Assembly: GCA_024626585.2 (NCBI GenBank)
Contig: JANKJI020000002.1
Location: 221,124,287 to 221,146,154 of the forward strand
DNA: 21,868 nucleotides
Direction of reading: 5' to 3'
Origin: Ginkgo biloba
Lineage: Eukaryota > Plantae > Ginkgophyta
A model generated the notes under the pieces. The model searched no databases. It worked only from the letters and a program-made list of their open reading frames with translations, and was not told the origin of the DNA. Position numbers and translations under genes: made by a program. Of this stretch, positions 1 to 11,118 are shown one piece after another. Numbering within the stretch: the stretch's first letter is position 1; each line of letters begins with the position of its first letter.

Positions 1-1715
1 AAGAATAAGAAGAAGTTGGTGGAAAATATGAGATGTGCAGATCAATAAGTGAGTTAGGAAGAAATCCCAAGCAAGCCTCAAATAGAGAAAGACCAAGAGA
101 ACGATAAAGAGCCATGATATAAGTCTGTTGGATGTATGGTAGGGACTCATCATAAGTCTTGTGATGTTGATTATTGTAGATTTGTAGTGTGTTCATAAGT
201 GTTCTATTGACCACCATTATCTGTCCATCTATTTGTGGGTGGAAGGCAGTTGACCTCTTTAACTTAGTATCCATCATCCTACATAAACTAGTCCAAAAAT
301 AACTAAGGAATATGATATCTCTATATGGAATAATAGATAAGGGTAGCCCTTAGTGGCTCTAAATATGTATGAATAATAACTTAACAACCTATGGTTTAAA
401 TATGATCTTCTAACATGCCATCAAAATGGCCTAGTTATTGAATTTAGCTATGAATATAAGAAAGTATTCGTGTATGTGTTAAGTGAATGGTAGCACTCAT
501 GAGAAATCCATGGAAATGGACCCCCAAAGTCTATCCAGAACTAGTAAATGTTGATACTTTCCAAGCTTCCTAATGGAAGGCTTAGAAATACAATAATGTG
601 AATAGGAGTTAACATGCCTCTCTACATCTTCCTACATCTTTGGCCAATAGAAATAATATTGAATATGTGATACGATTTTTCTAATTTTGAAATTCCTAGC
701 AAATCTAAAATGATGAGCTTCTCTTACCAATTGAATTCATAAGCTCCCACTAAGTACATAAAGTAACACTATTTTATACAAATATCCATCTTTGGGATGA
801 AAATATCTCCTAGAGTCCTCTTTTGCATGAGGAATAAACAATTATGTTATAATAAAATTTAAATTTAAATCAACTATAAACATCTCTTTCCACTCAAAAA
901 ACAAAACCAAACATTTAGTGTTCAACACATGTAGCAAAGAATGAATTGGTGGGGTATGTTGAAGAAGTCTTCTACTTTATTATTACTCTCTTTCTTGTAT
1001 TTGACAGTGATGTATAACTAATACAAGTACCCCATCCACTTGACAAGTCAATAACCTTCTAGCTTGGTTTGTGTATGTAAGAACTAGAGTGAAAAATAAT
1101 CAAAGTATATAATAATTTCCTTCCCAAGGAGATATTGCTTCTAGCGCTTCACAACTTACACTATGGAATATATATCTTTATGTTAGGTATTATATTTGTG
1201 CAATGTGTTACGATATAATTTGGGATGGTAAGTACCTATCTTGCCTCGCTGAGTGAGAATTAGTCCAATGGCATGTCCTGATGCATTTGCTTCCACTTCA
1301 GATAGAAACTAAAGGTTTAGAGCCAAAACAACGCAATATAAAGCTTGTATTTCAGCAATTCAAAGACATATAATTGTTTCTTACTCCAGGCAAAGGCATG
1401 CTTGACCTTTGTGAGTTGATTAAGTGGAAAAGATGTTTTTAAAAAATCTTAAATAAACTTCCTAAAGAGGTTAGTTAAACCAAGAAAGCTATGAATCTCA
1501 TGAATATTAGTGGGTCTTTTCCCATCTTGTGGGACTTTAATTTTAGTTAGATCTATCCTCAAAACATGTTCATCTATAACGAAACCTAAGTGAGATATGT
1601 TATGCATAGAAAAAATGCATTTATCCATATTGATTTGTAATTAATATTTTCTTAATTTATGTAAGACTCTTTTCAAGTGCACTAAGTGTTCCCATGTGTG
1701 ACTAAGGACCAAAAT
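1..1715 (-). mobile_element. Degenerate Ty3/gypsy (chromovirus-branch) pol: RT C-terminus, RNase H, integrase zinc finger and core; runs off the window start
   Basis: Manual minus-strand translation through stops. RT end: ILVLSHTWEHLVHLKRVL..KCIFSMHNISHLGFVI..EIHSFLGLTNLFRKFI (1715-1440). RNase H: EVEANASGHAIGLILTQ..K*YLLGKE-like KQYLLGKEIII..KWMGYL (~1290-980). Integrase HHCC region: REAH..YFYWPKM*EDV..SKPSIRKLG..WGSISMDF. Integrase core: GLPLSII..FLSYFW..MDTKLKRSTAFHPQIDGQIMVVNRT..DESLPYIQ. The RT-RH-INT order is gypsy. Confidence 0.95.
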
Positions 1716-1740
1716 TGTTAGATAAGTTAATGCTAACTAG

Positions 1741-1779
1741 TGGTCACATGGTCACATGGTCACATTAGTCGTCACATGT
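1741..1779. repeat. Short tandem repeat (TGGTCACA)x3 plus a degenerate copy, near a possible LTR start (TGTTAG at 1716)
   Basis: tggtcaca tggtcaca tggtcaca ttagtcgtcacatg is read directly. Pol homology stops at 1715/1716. Confidence 0.7.
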
Positions 1780-2038
1780 ANNNNNNNNNNNNNNNNNNNN
1801 NNNNNNNNNNNNNNNNNNNNNNNNNNNNNNNNNNNNNNNNNNNNNNNNNNNNNNNNNNNNNNNNNNNNNNNNNNNNNNNNTACAAGGAGAATATTAATAA
1901 TTGGGGTTCATAGAAATACTCCACCCTTCAAAAAGATTTTCCCTCAAAGCTTTATCAATTATGGATGTAACCGCATGACTATTCATTGTTCCAAAGGCAT
2001 CTTCAATTGGTGGCTTCTTCCACTTAATTATGTACGTA

Positions 2039-2106
2039 ATTGTTGACACCAAAAATCTCCACCGCGTGCCCACCGACACGCAATAGGGGAGGTCTGTGTC
2101 AACAAT
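2039..2106. repeat. Perfect 11-bp inverted repeat enclosing a 64-bp TG...CA segment with LTR-like termini
   Basis: ATTGTTGACAC (2039-2049) is the reverse complement of GTGTCAACAAT (2096-2106). Confidence 0.75.
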
Positions 2107-2176
2107 CTCATTTTTAATATTTATTAAATGAACTCGTCATGTTAATCGACGATAAAACAAAAAAAACCTATAGTCT

Positions 2177-2303
2177 GTTAGACAAATGACCATTGGCGTT
2201 AGACAAACAAGTAATATTGTTAGACAAATGACCTTTGCATGTGAGACAAATGACCAAATCCGTTAGACAAATGACCAAAGTCATTGGAAAAATGACTAAT
2301 GGC
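2177..2303 (+). repeat. Minisatellite of six 21-22 bp units, core GTTAGACAAATGACC
   Basis: Unit starts at 2177, 2198, 2219, 2241, 2262 and 2283. Each has a 15-bp conserved core and a 6-7 bp variable linker. Confidence 0.9.
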
Positions 2304-3214
2304 ACGTTTTTCCCTACTTCAATGACTATTTAAACTGTTGACTCATATATACTTGATGTGATTTGTCTCTTATTGGTTAATTGGAAGGGGGGAGTTATTA
2401 TGCACGCTTGGGCACAAGACTCAAAAATTTTAGACAGAAAAACTCCTACCTAAAACACTCATTATGGGAAACGACATCCCGAATTAAAATCACTTTCAAC
2501 CTCTTTTAAGATCTTAAACCCTACTCTTGGACACGTGAGGGCCATGTGACTATGGCTAAGATCAAGGGGGCTAAATGAAAATTAAATTAAACTTTAAATT
2601 TTAATGTTTTAGGTTTCTTTTTTTGTTTTAAATTTTAGGTTTAAATCACTTCAGCGTTTTGTGCAAAGAGCTCATTGACACAATGAAGGTTCATGGTGGC
2701 CATAATGGGGATGCACCAGACAACATGAGGATGACAAGGTTCACCATAGGGTGTACAACGTAGGGGTGACCCTGGTGAGGGTCAAGTAGGGGCATCAGGC
2801 CTCACTAGGGTGAGGTAGAGTAGGGGAGGCAGAGGAGGCCATAGGAGGTCAAGCAGTAACACGAGGAGAGGAGAGTAAGGGAGATAGAGAAGCATGTAGA
2901 CAGGGGTTAAGGAACCACATGGGAAAGTAAGGAGGGAAAATAGGACACTAGGAAGCTATGATAAATGCACAAGGAACGTAGGAACAATTAGGGATGACCC
3001 TACCTCACAGAGAAACCATAGAGAACTGAAGAAAAAGAAAACATCAATGCCCATGCCATAAAAACAAAGAAAAACCAATGGTAATCCAATGAAAATATAA
3101 GGTTAACTAGTCAANNNNNNNNNNNNNNNNNNNNNNNNNNNNNNNNNNNNNNNNNNNNNNNNNNNNNNNNNNNNNNNNNNNNNNNNNNNNNNNNNNNNNN
3201 NNNNNNNNNNNNNN

Positions 3215-3888
3215 GAATTACATGGCTAACAAATATTTATTATGTGAGTAAATAAATAATTAGAATAAGATTTAAATTTTAATTAGTGATTAGTTATTTT
3301 GGGCACACGAGTTAATCAAAATTATTTTTTATTAAGGTTCAAGCTTTTTTATTTTTTTTTATTTTCTATTTACTATTATTAGAAAAGGTTTCTCTATAAA
3401 AGAATGTACTAGGTTGTTTTCAATAAGAGAATCAAAGAGTCAAAGTCAGTTTTTTGGATTTTAAATAACTCTCAAAGTTTGCATCTTACTTNNNNNNNNN
3501 NNNNNNNNNNNNNNATTCTATTGATTATCAAGTTATTTTGACAATTCTTGCAGAGAATAAGAAGAATCTTATTTTTTGGGTGTTTCTATACAAAATCAGA
3601 TTCACCTACAGAATACAAAAGTTCTTAGAAGCACAAAATCCTTTAATTCAAAGAGTTCTAGACAGTTTCTCTTCTAGCACGTAAATTTTAAAAAAAATAG
3701 TTTACATTTTTTGAGGATTTTTGAACTATTTTAATACACATGTTAAAAGAAAAAATTACTAAGAAGGTAGAAAACCTTCATAGGAAAAAGTTTCAGATCA
3801 TATGGACACCAACATGAAATTGAGATGAAAGTCAACTTTTAGTTTAGGCTCTAATTTTTCTAGTAAGAAGATCTTACTATTTTAATCA
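3215..3888 (+). repeat. Diverged direct repeat, copy A (~670 bp; left end hidden by an N gap)
   Basis: Collinear with 5211-5868. Shared blocks: taacaaatattt..atgtgagtaaataa, tactattattagaaaag, gaataagaagaat, gtgtttctataca, aagtcaac, ttttctagtaag. Confidence 0.9.
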
Positions 3889-5210
3889 CTTTTGTCTCTT
3901 AACAAATTTTCTAATTTGTCTTGATTCAATATAAACAAGCCATTCTTTTAAAGATATAAAGGCAACAATCATTGCTCTAAATATCATACACTTATGCCAT
4001 ACTTCAGGTTCCATCCTTAAGAACCACTTGCATGGCACATCAATTAGTATCATAACCTTGTTGAAAGTTTCTAAAATTTTTAAAATTTCTTTCTTTTATT
4101 TCCATTTTTAACATGCAATAAGTTGTGACTTATGTAAGGAGGACATGGCTATATTCAATTATAAATAATTCCTTCAACAACATAAAATTCAATAAGACAT
4201 GATCCAAGAACTATTGCAAGCATAAAATCAATCTCTTTCTCATTACATGTCATAAGAAACTCCTTCAACCCAATATGAGGTAACTTCAATGGGCAAGCCT
4301 TCGTATAGGACAATGCCATTGTATATTTACATAAGCCTTATTATGATAATAGTAACTTACTCATTCAAGAAAGAATTATAAACTACTCTTAAAGATATCT
4401 AGAAAATAAATAGGATGACTATCATGATCGATACAGAAGATCATACACCTATAACAACATATGAGATTATAGAAATCTTGGATGACTCTCTCTAAGTGGA
4501 GATACAAAGTTTTGAATAGTGGGATCTTACCAAGTTTCCAGTAGATTCCATCCACATTACTTAGGCGGATTCCACTCCTCCTATCTTAATAAATTTTCCA
4601 TAAGTGTTGGAAGAAAGAATTAGGGATTCTATTATTCCTCAAGGTATTCACCTACTTGGTCTTTAGAATTTGTTAAAAAAAGAGATGAATTCCTTAATAT
4701 TACAGGAACATACATCTTGGAGCACTCTATGAGCTACATCACATAATCGTCTCTAGATAGTAAACACATGTTGGGAGGCCTAGTATAGTCCTTTATTTTG
4801 ACAATTCCATTTAGACAATAATAACATAAGGTAATCACTTACTTTATATATTCCTTAATTGATTTCTACTTCCAATGATAATCCCATGTGGAAAATCATC
4901 ACTTGAGGTTCAAAGATATATATTGGATGAGCTCCCTTCACCAATACACTTTTTATTCCTTATGTTAGAAGATTTTCCCTCTTCAACACAATCATTCTAT
5001 TATTATTTCTCCACCAATATATCTCTTGTTCAATGCATAAAAGAAGGATCAATGTCATCTCTTATAAATGTTATAAGAACCATCACAATCTAAGTAAAAA
5101 GGCATTGATGTGTCGTGCATCCAACATTGCACATTTGTTTATACTCTATATCAATATTATAATTATGACTCACTTATTTTATGTAAATTTATATAACTAA
5201 GGCCCATTAG

Positions 5211-5868
5211 GAACTTAGTTAACAAATATTTTTCATGTGAGTAAATAATTAATTATAATAGGATTTGATTTTTAACTAGTGATTAACTAATTTATGCACA
5301 CTAGCTAATCATAGTTAATTTCCATTTAGGTTCACGTTTTTGCTTTTTGCTTTTATAATTACTATTATTAGAAAAGATTTTTTCTATTAAACCATACATT
5401 AATTTATTTTTTCAATAAGATAATTAAAGAGTTGAGATCAAGTTTTGGGATTTTAAGTACCTCTATAAGTTTACATCTTGTGTTCATACCATCTTATAAA
5501 TTATACTGATATGAAGTTCTCTCTATTCTTAGATAGAATAAGAAGAATATTATTTCTAAGGTGTTTCTATACAAATTTATATCCACTTATAGATGATAAA
5601 AATGCTTATAAGGACAAAATCTTTCAGTTTAGAGAGTTCTAGGCCATTCTACAATTGGTACGCAAATTGAGAAATCTTTAATTCATATTTTTTCAAGATT
5701 TACAAACCATTTTAGAATTTATTCTAGAAAAAAAAACTACTAAAAATGTTGAAAACCTTTAGAATATAAAGTTTTAGGCCATATGGATGTTATCCTAGAA
5801 CCAAGGAAAAAGTCAACGTTTTAGTTTGGGTTGAAATTTTTCTAGTAAGTATATCTTATTATTCTAAA
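5211..5868 (+). repeat. Diverged direct repeat, copy B
   Basis: Collinear with 3215-3888 over its whole length, with many substitutions and small indels. Confidence 0.9.
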
Positions 5869-7605
5869 GGACTCCTTGTTTGTATAGTCGTACTATCACT
5901 GGACAAGGCAAAATCTCATAATACTTTTCTAATATATAGCAACATTGATGGTTTGTGATAATAGACCATCAAGATTATAATCATTTTTTTCCATATGCAT
6001 GGAGTATGCATTTTGATTGGACATCTTGAAACCATACTCTGCCGAAGTTCTCATGCTCAATGGAATAAATTCAGCTTAAAATCATCGTGATGATGTTCAA
6101 TTTTGTAGACTAGTTTAGTGCATGTTGAGGGTTTGGTGATAGGAGATATGGAGGGTACACTATCTCCACCTTGGATCATGTCTATTCAATTGCATATGCC
6201 TTACCAATATTTTACTAAACGAATTTGGTTCTTGAGAGCTAAGAAAGTGGTTTCTCATGTACAAAAACCTAGAGGAAAGTCAAGCACCTATGACATGGCT
6301 TGCTGATTAGTTTTTTAAATTAGAATTCTACCTTACATANNNNNNNNNNNNNNNNNNNNNNNNNNNNNNNNNNNNNNNNNNNNNNNNNNNNNNNNNNNNN
6401 NNNNNNNNNNNNNNNNNNNNNNNNNNNNNNNNNNNNNNNAATCTACTACAACACTAATTATAACTTGAACAAATATCTACATTTTTATTCCCTAGAGGAA
6501 TGTAATAAAATTAAGGATATAAACCAAATTTTTGTTGTCTACTCCTTTCTTCTCATAATTTACTATAGTTGTTATCTCAGTCATCCACTCCCACCACTAC
6601 CTATATAATTTTCAAGTGAAAAGGTGAAGGTATCTCATTATTATTTATATTTCTTCATGGATTAAAGTTAGGCATATACATTTGCAGAAAAAATAATTTA
6701 CAATCTTAAAAATGGCACCCCACCATAATAAATCAAGAGTGAATATTTGGTTCCAAGCTTAAATAAACTTAGTTGCAAATGGTTCTCTATTAATCTTCCT
6801 AAAAATCAATGAGGAATATCACTAAAATATGGCTTCAGTAATTGGAGATACTTGATATGCTTTATTCTCTTTAAAGTTTATAAACTTCCATTAAGATTAA
6901 TGCAAATACTACTTCCTAAAAATTGATGATAAGGATGCAAACATTTTATACAATCCTAATAACAATAGACTGACAAAAGCCATGTTTGTCAATTTGTCAA
7001 TTTCCAACTGAAGAATAAAGACATTGCATTAAAGTTATTAATTTCCAAGTGGAACAAGGATGCTGTAAAAATGAATGTGATTAATCTGGGCATGTGTTTC
7101 TATCTTCTAAACCATAACCATGATTATGAAAAATATATATGGTTTGAAGATGTTAATGCATATGTATCAAAACACAACTAATATAATAAAAGATATATGG
7201 ATATTGTCAACACTATCTCTTCATTCATACCTACTTTGATCTTTCATAAATAGAGTAAAATTCTTGAACCAATTTTTAAAAAAAACATTGTTGTTATATT
7301 CCCTTTAAACCTTTATCTAGGAGTAGGATAATTACTATAAGAGAATGCTAGGAGGAGGATTGAACAAATCTATTTCAACTTCTATAAGAGAATGCCAAGA
7401 ATAAGAGAGTACATTTTTAGTTGAATTACTCTTAGATAACTATGAATCATGGAAGAAGGGGTAATTCCACTACTCTTTATGTTATATCTCTTGTTTCTTT
7501 CCCNNNNNNNNNNNNNNNNNNNNNNNNNNNNNNNNNNNNNNNNNNNNNNNNNNNNNNNNNNNNNNNNNNNNNNNNNNNNNNNNNNNNNNNNNNNNNNNNN
7601 NNNAA

Positions 7606-9353
7606 ATAAAGGAGGATCTCACCTCCAATCCTTTTTTAATGGCATCCTTGTTCAATAAACCATTTACACTCTATACTTATGTGATGAACTTCTCCCTTAA
7701 GGGCATGTTGGCCCAGAAGGATAATGACAAGAAATAATAAGTTGTATACTTCATGAGTAGGACCATGATTATGTATGAATTTAATTACTTATTTATTGAA
7801 AAATAATGTTTATCCTTATTCTTTCTGGCCAAGAAACTATGACAATACTTACTCAGTTTTTATGCCAATGTGTATTCTCAAACCAATATGCTCTTATATC
7901 TACTTTCTAAGCCCAATCACACTAGAAGGGATGGAAGATGGATCATTCTTCTTGAAGAATTTGACCTTATTGCTATCAAATAGAAATCTAAAAATGGGAT
8001 GGATATTACCAAATACCTAGAAGATTTACCTTTTCCTAATGACCATAATGAACTTGTTGATGATTCTCTCCAGATAAAAATATATTTTATATTGAACACT
8101 AGGATATTGTCAAGCATAAGTGGTATAAAGATATTATTTCCTGCAATCAAGTCTCAAGAGTACCTATAAGAGGCCTCTTCAAAATAGAAGATATGAATAT
8201 GTACCACTACATATTCATATGTGATCCTCGGTAATTCCCTCTATGCATGGTCCTTCAACAATATCCTTTTGACATGCCTCTCCCCCATAAAAGCACAAAA
8301 AGTTCTTTGAGAATGTCACAAGAGAATTTATGGGGGCCATTTTGGTGGACAACATATGGCTCTAAAGATTATGAAAATGGGTTATAACTAGACTATAGTC
8401 TTTAAGGATGTGCAAGTGCCACAATTGCTAAGAGCATTCTAATTTATATCGCACACCTACGTAGTCACTTTGGGTAATCTCTTCCCTATGGCCTTTTTCA
8501 AAATAGGGACTTGACCTTATTAATGTAATTGATCCCCTATCTTTGACTAACCATAAGTTTATTCTTGCACCCGCTAATTATTTTACCAAGTGGGTTGAAG
8601 TGATCCCACTTCACCGTACAGATGGACAAACCATTGTGATGTTCATATTCAACCAAATCATTTATTAGTTCAATATTCTTGACATTAGATCATCACTAAT
8701 AATGATAAATATTTTTGTAACTTCCATGTTGACAATCTATTCTAGAAGTTTTAGATCACTAATCAAACTTATACACCCTACTACTCCTAGTCTAATGGTC
8801 ATATCGAAGCCTTTAATAAGACCTTGCTTAAGATTATTAAATGAATAGTCAACTAGTATGGTCATGATTAGCATCTTAAGTTCTTCTCTACTCTCTTGAA
8901 TTATTGAACATATCTTCATACTCCCATAGGCATGTTTCCTTTTTCCTTAGTTTATAATATCAAAGCAGTTCTCCTACTTAAGATCAAGATTCCTTCCCTA
9001 TAAATCCTGACTAAGGACTTCTTGGATTAGGTGTCCTTCAAAGCCTCCCATCTTGTATAACTAGAGGAATTCAATGAAAAGAGTATCCTCATACATCAGT
9101 ACTTTAATACCTTCCATAACCATAGTTAGTTGACTTATGAGAATAAGGTCAAACATAGGGCCTTCTTAGTGAGAGATAAAGTTCTCAAGCTTGACTACCT
9201 TTTCGACTGAAAAGGCAAGTTTGTTCCCAAGTGGCTTGGTCTCTTCATTTTTTAGAAGATCTATAGAATAGTGCATATCATATTTCTACTCTAGATGGTC
9301 ATAAGTTTCAACATCTTATAAACTCCTAGTTTCTTAAACTACATTATCTATAG
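7606..9353 (+). mobile_element. Degenerate Ty3/gypsy non-chromovirus (Tat/Ogre/Athila branch) pol: RNase H and complete integrase
   Basis: Manual translation. RNase H: IKEDLTSNPFL..KPFTLY..GMLAQKD..VYFMSRT..YEFNYLFIEK*CLSL..KKL*QYLL..GRWIILLEEFDL. Integrase: ECHKRIYGGHFGG..KIMKMGY; WPFSK*GLDLI..HKFILAPANYFTKWVEVIPL; TPYYS*SNGHIEAFNKTL; GKFVPKWLG..TLDG..INS*FLKLHYL*, with the stop at 9351-9353. Confidence 0.95.
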
Positions 9354-10299
9354 CATCTAAGTATAAATTCTACACATGTATNNNNNNNNNNNNNNNNNNN
9401 NNNNNNNNNNNNNNNNNNNNNNNNNNNNNNNNNNNNNNNNNNNNNNNNNNNNNNNNNNNNNNNNNNNNNNNNNNNNNNNNNNNNNNNNNNNNNNNNNNNN
9501 NNNNNNNNNNNNNNNNNNNNNNNNNNNNNNNNNNNNNNNNNNNNNNNNNNNNNNNNNNNNNNNNNNNNNNNNNNNNNNNNNNNNNNNNNNNNNNNNNNNN
9601 NNNNNNNNNNNNNNNNNNNNNNNNNNNNNNNNNNNNNNNNNNNNNNNNNNNNNNNNNNNNNNNNNNNNNNNNNNNNNNNNNNNNNNNNNNNNNNNNNNNN
9701 NNNNNNNNNNNNNNCAACCTTAGCTTGTGGGTCCACATTCTCCACCAATAGATCCTTATGGTGATCTTATTCTTAGATAATTGGTGCTATGGTTGGATAC
9801 CATGTATCCATAAAAGGTTGATTTGGATCTTCTCTAGCATAATATAACTCATCCTATAGGATGGACCACACCTAAACCACTAGTATTATCGTGGAATAAT
9901 ATGTAATCACACCATAAAACTAATGATTAGGAGACTCTTTTAAGTTGTTATGTTTAAACAAAAATTAAAACTAGGATAAGGAGTTATATATCAGGTGGAG
10001 TATGATCACCATGAGCTCCTGATGGATCACCTCTCTCTTTGTGATCCTTTGTTATCTTTAGAGTAGAACCTGTGTCCTATCTCTAAGACTCCTCTTGGCC
10101 TCCATGTAGTAATATAAGGGATACCCTCTATCCCTTGTCCTCTCTTTTTTAGGGTTAGTCCCTTTGTTGCTCCCCTCTCTTGTTTGACCCTACTCTTCAC
10201 CTATTGCATGTGCCTCTTAGTGACTTATATACTCCTCTTATATTCCCCCCTATACCTCTTTATTAGGTATCTCTATATATAAATCCCACTACATCCTAT

Positions 10300-11118
10300 T
10301 ATAAGGGTCCATGACCGTCATATTTAGAGTCAAATCTATAAAATTGCTCAGGCGCCTCCCTTCCTCTTATGAGTGGGATAGCATGGTGATTCTCTCGTTA
10401 TCATCTGCCACCTCCTCATAAGAGGATCATTTGGTCTAAGTGGAAAAGGGATCATTATGGTAGGTTGAAAGGCATGAAAATGATCAAATATCCAAGCCTA
10501 TAGAAATGAACTATAAGTGAGGGTTCCATGGCCCCTCCATCATACTATGTTCAATCAACTAAATAAATAATCAAATATGTATTGAACCCAATCATGCTTA
10601 ACACCCTAAATGCATATCTCAATCATGGGGTTGTATTTGAATGACACACCCCTAAAGTTTTGGTTTTGTGAGATCCTAAATACCAGGAATATTTCTATCA
10701 CTATTTGAATCAATGGGACTCTCTCACTCTGTAATATGTTGATGATCACCTCACAAGTGGTCATATAATTAGGCCTCACATGCCTACTCAAATACAGTCA
10801 TACCTCTTAGTTATTCACTCGCCTTCATATTTTGACCACATCTATTATGTAGATGAGTCCCGTCATGTTATTTATGTATGTCTTTATAATTCGCACCTCA
10901 CCAAAGATTGGTAGTCTGAACACATAAGTAGTCGAGTCCTAGTACCTAACGAACTATCTCACAATATCCTCATCAAAGTTAAGTTGGGAGGTCAATGAGA
11001 CCCTCCACAACCCGCACCTTTGAAGGATCCCTCAATCCTCCTCGCCAAACTATGCCGCCAATTTATGCATGATGGCTCCTTTGTTCTCTCACCTGTTTAC
11101 TGTGACAACCTCCTGCAC
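10300..11118 (-). pseudogene. Plant mobile domain (PMD, aminotransferase-like) pseudogene, antisense to pol in the retrotransposon 3' region
   Basis: One minus frame, containing track ORF 10606..10791, reads GILQRCGLWRVSL..FDEDIVR*FVRY*DSTTYVFRLPIFGEVRII..NMTGL ... KHDWVQYIFDYLFS*L..TLTYSSFL*AWIFDHFHAFQP..DPLMRRW. After a frameshift it reads DLTLNMTVMDPY. These follow the PMD motifs W..xT.xF.LP.GE..IT..D...GL, Y.W...L..LY..L, LLQ.W..E.F...P, RW and W.PY in the expected order. Confidence 0.82.

Noticed and set aside
1894-2079. 61-aa minus ORF with IKWKKPP and IIDKALRENLFEGW, vaguely LINE-like
   Set aside because: It is too short, the motifs are not in a coherent domain order, and it crosses the repeat boundary at 2041.
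2177-2303. CRISPR-like repeat-spacer appearance
   Set aside because: The repeats are 15 bp and the spacers 6-7 bp, far too short. There are no cas genes and the context is plant retrotransposon DNA.
2700-3110. Purine-rich strand-biased tract as a coding region or G-quadruplex element
   Set aside because: It has frequent stops and irregular G-runs, typical of decayed LTR/UTR sequence.
3920-5093. Semi-open minus frames and ORF 4875-5093 as gag or transposase
   Set aside because: I recognised no diagnostic motif.
6118-6306. 62-aa ORF as a gene
   Set aside because: It has no recognisable domain, a GTG start, and a length expected by chance.
7775-8919. Track ORFs 7775-8020, 7917-8150 and 8737-8919 as genes
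   Set aside because: They are off-frame or antisense readings of the decayed pol.
9344-9748. Track ORFs spanning N runs (also 1756-2046, 7449-7658, 17239-17448, 18275-18651)
   Set aside because: They are open only because Ns contain no stop codons; these are assembly-gap artefacts.
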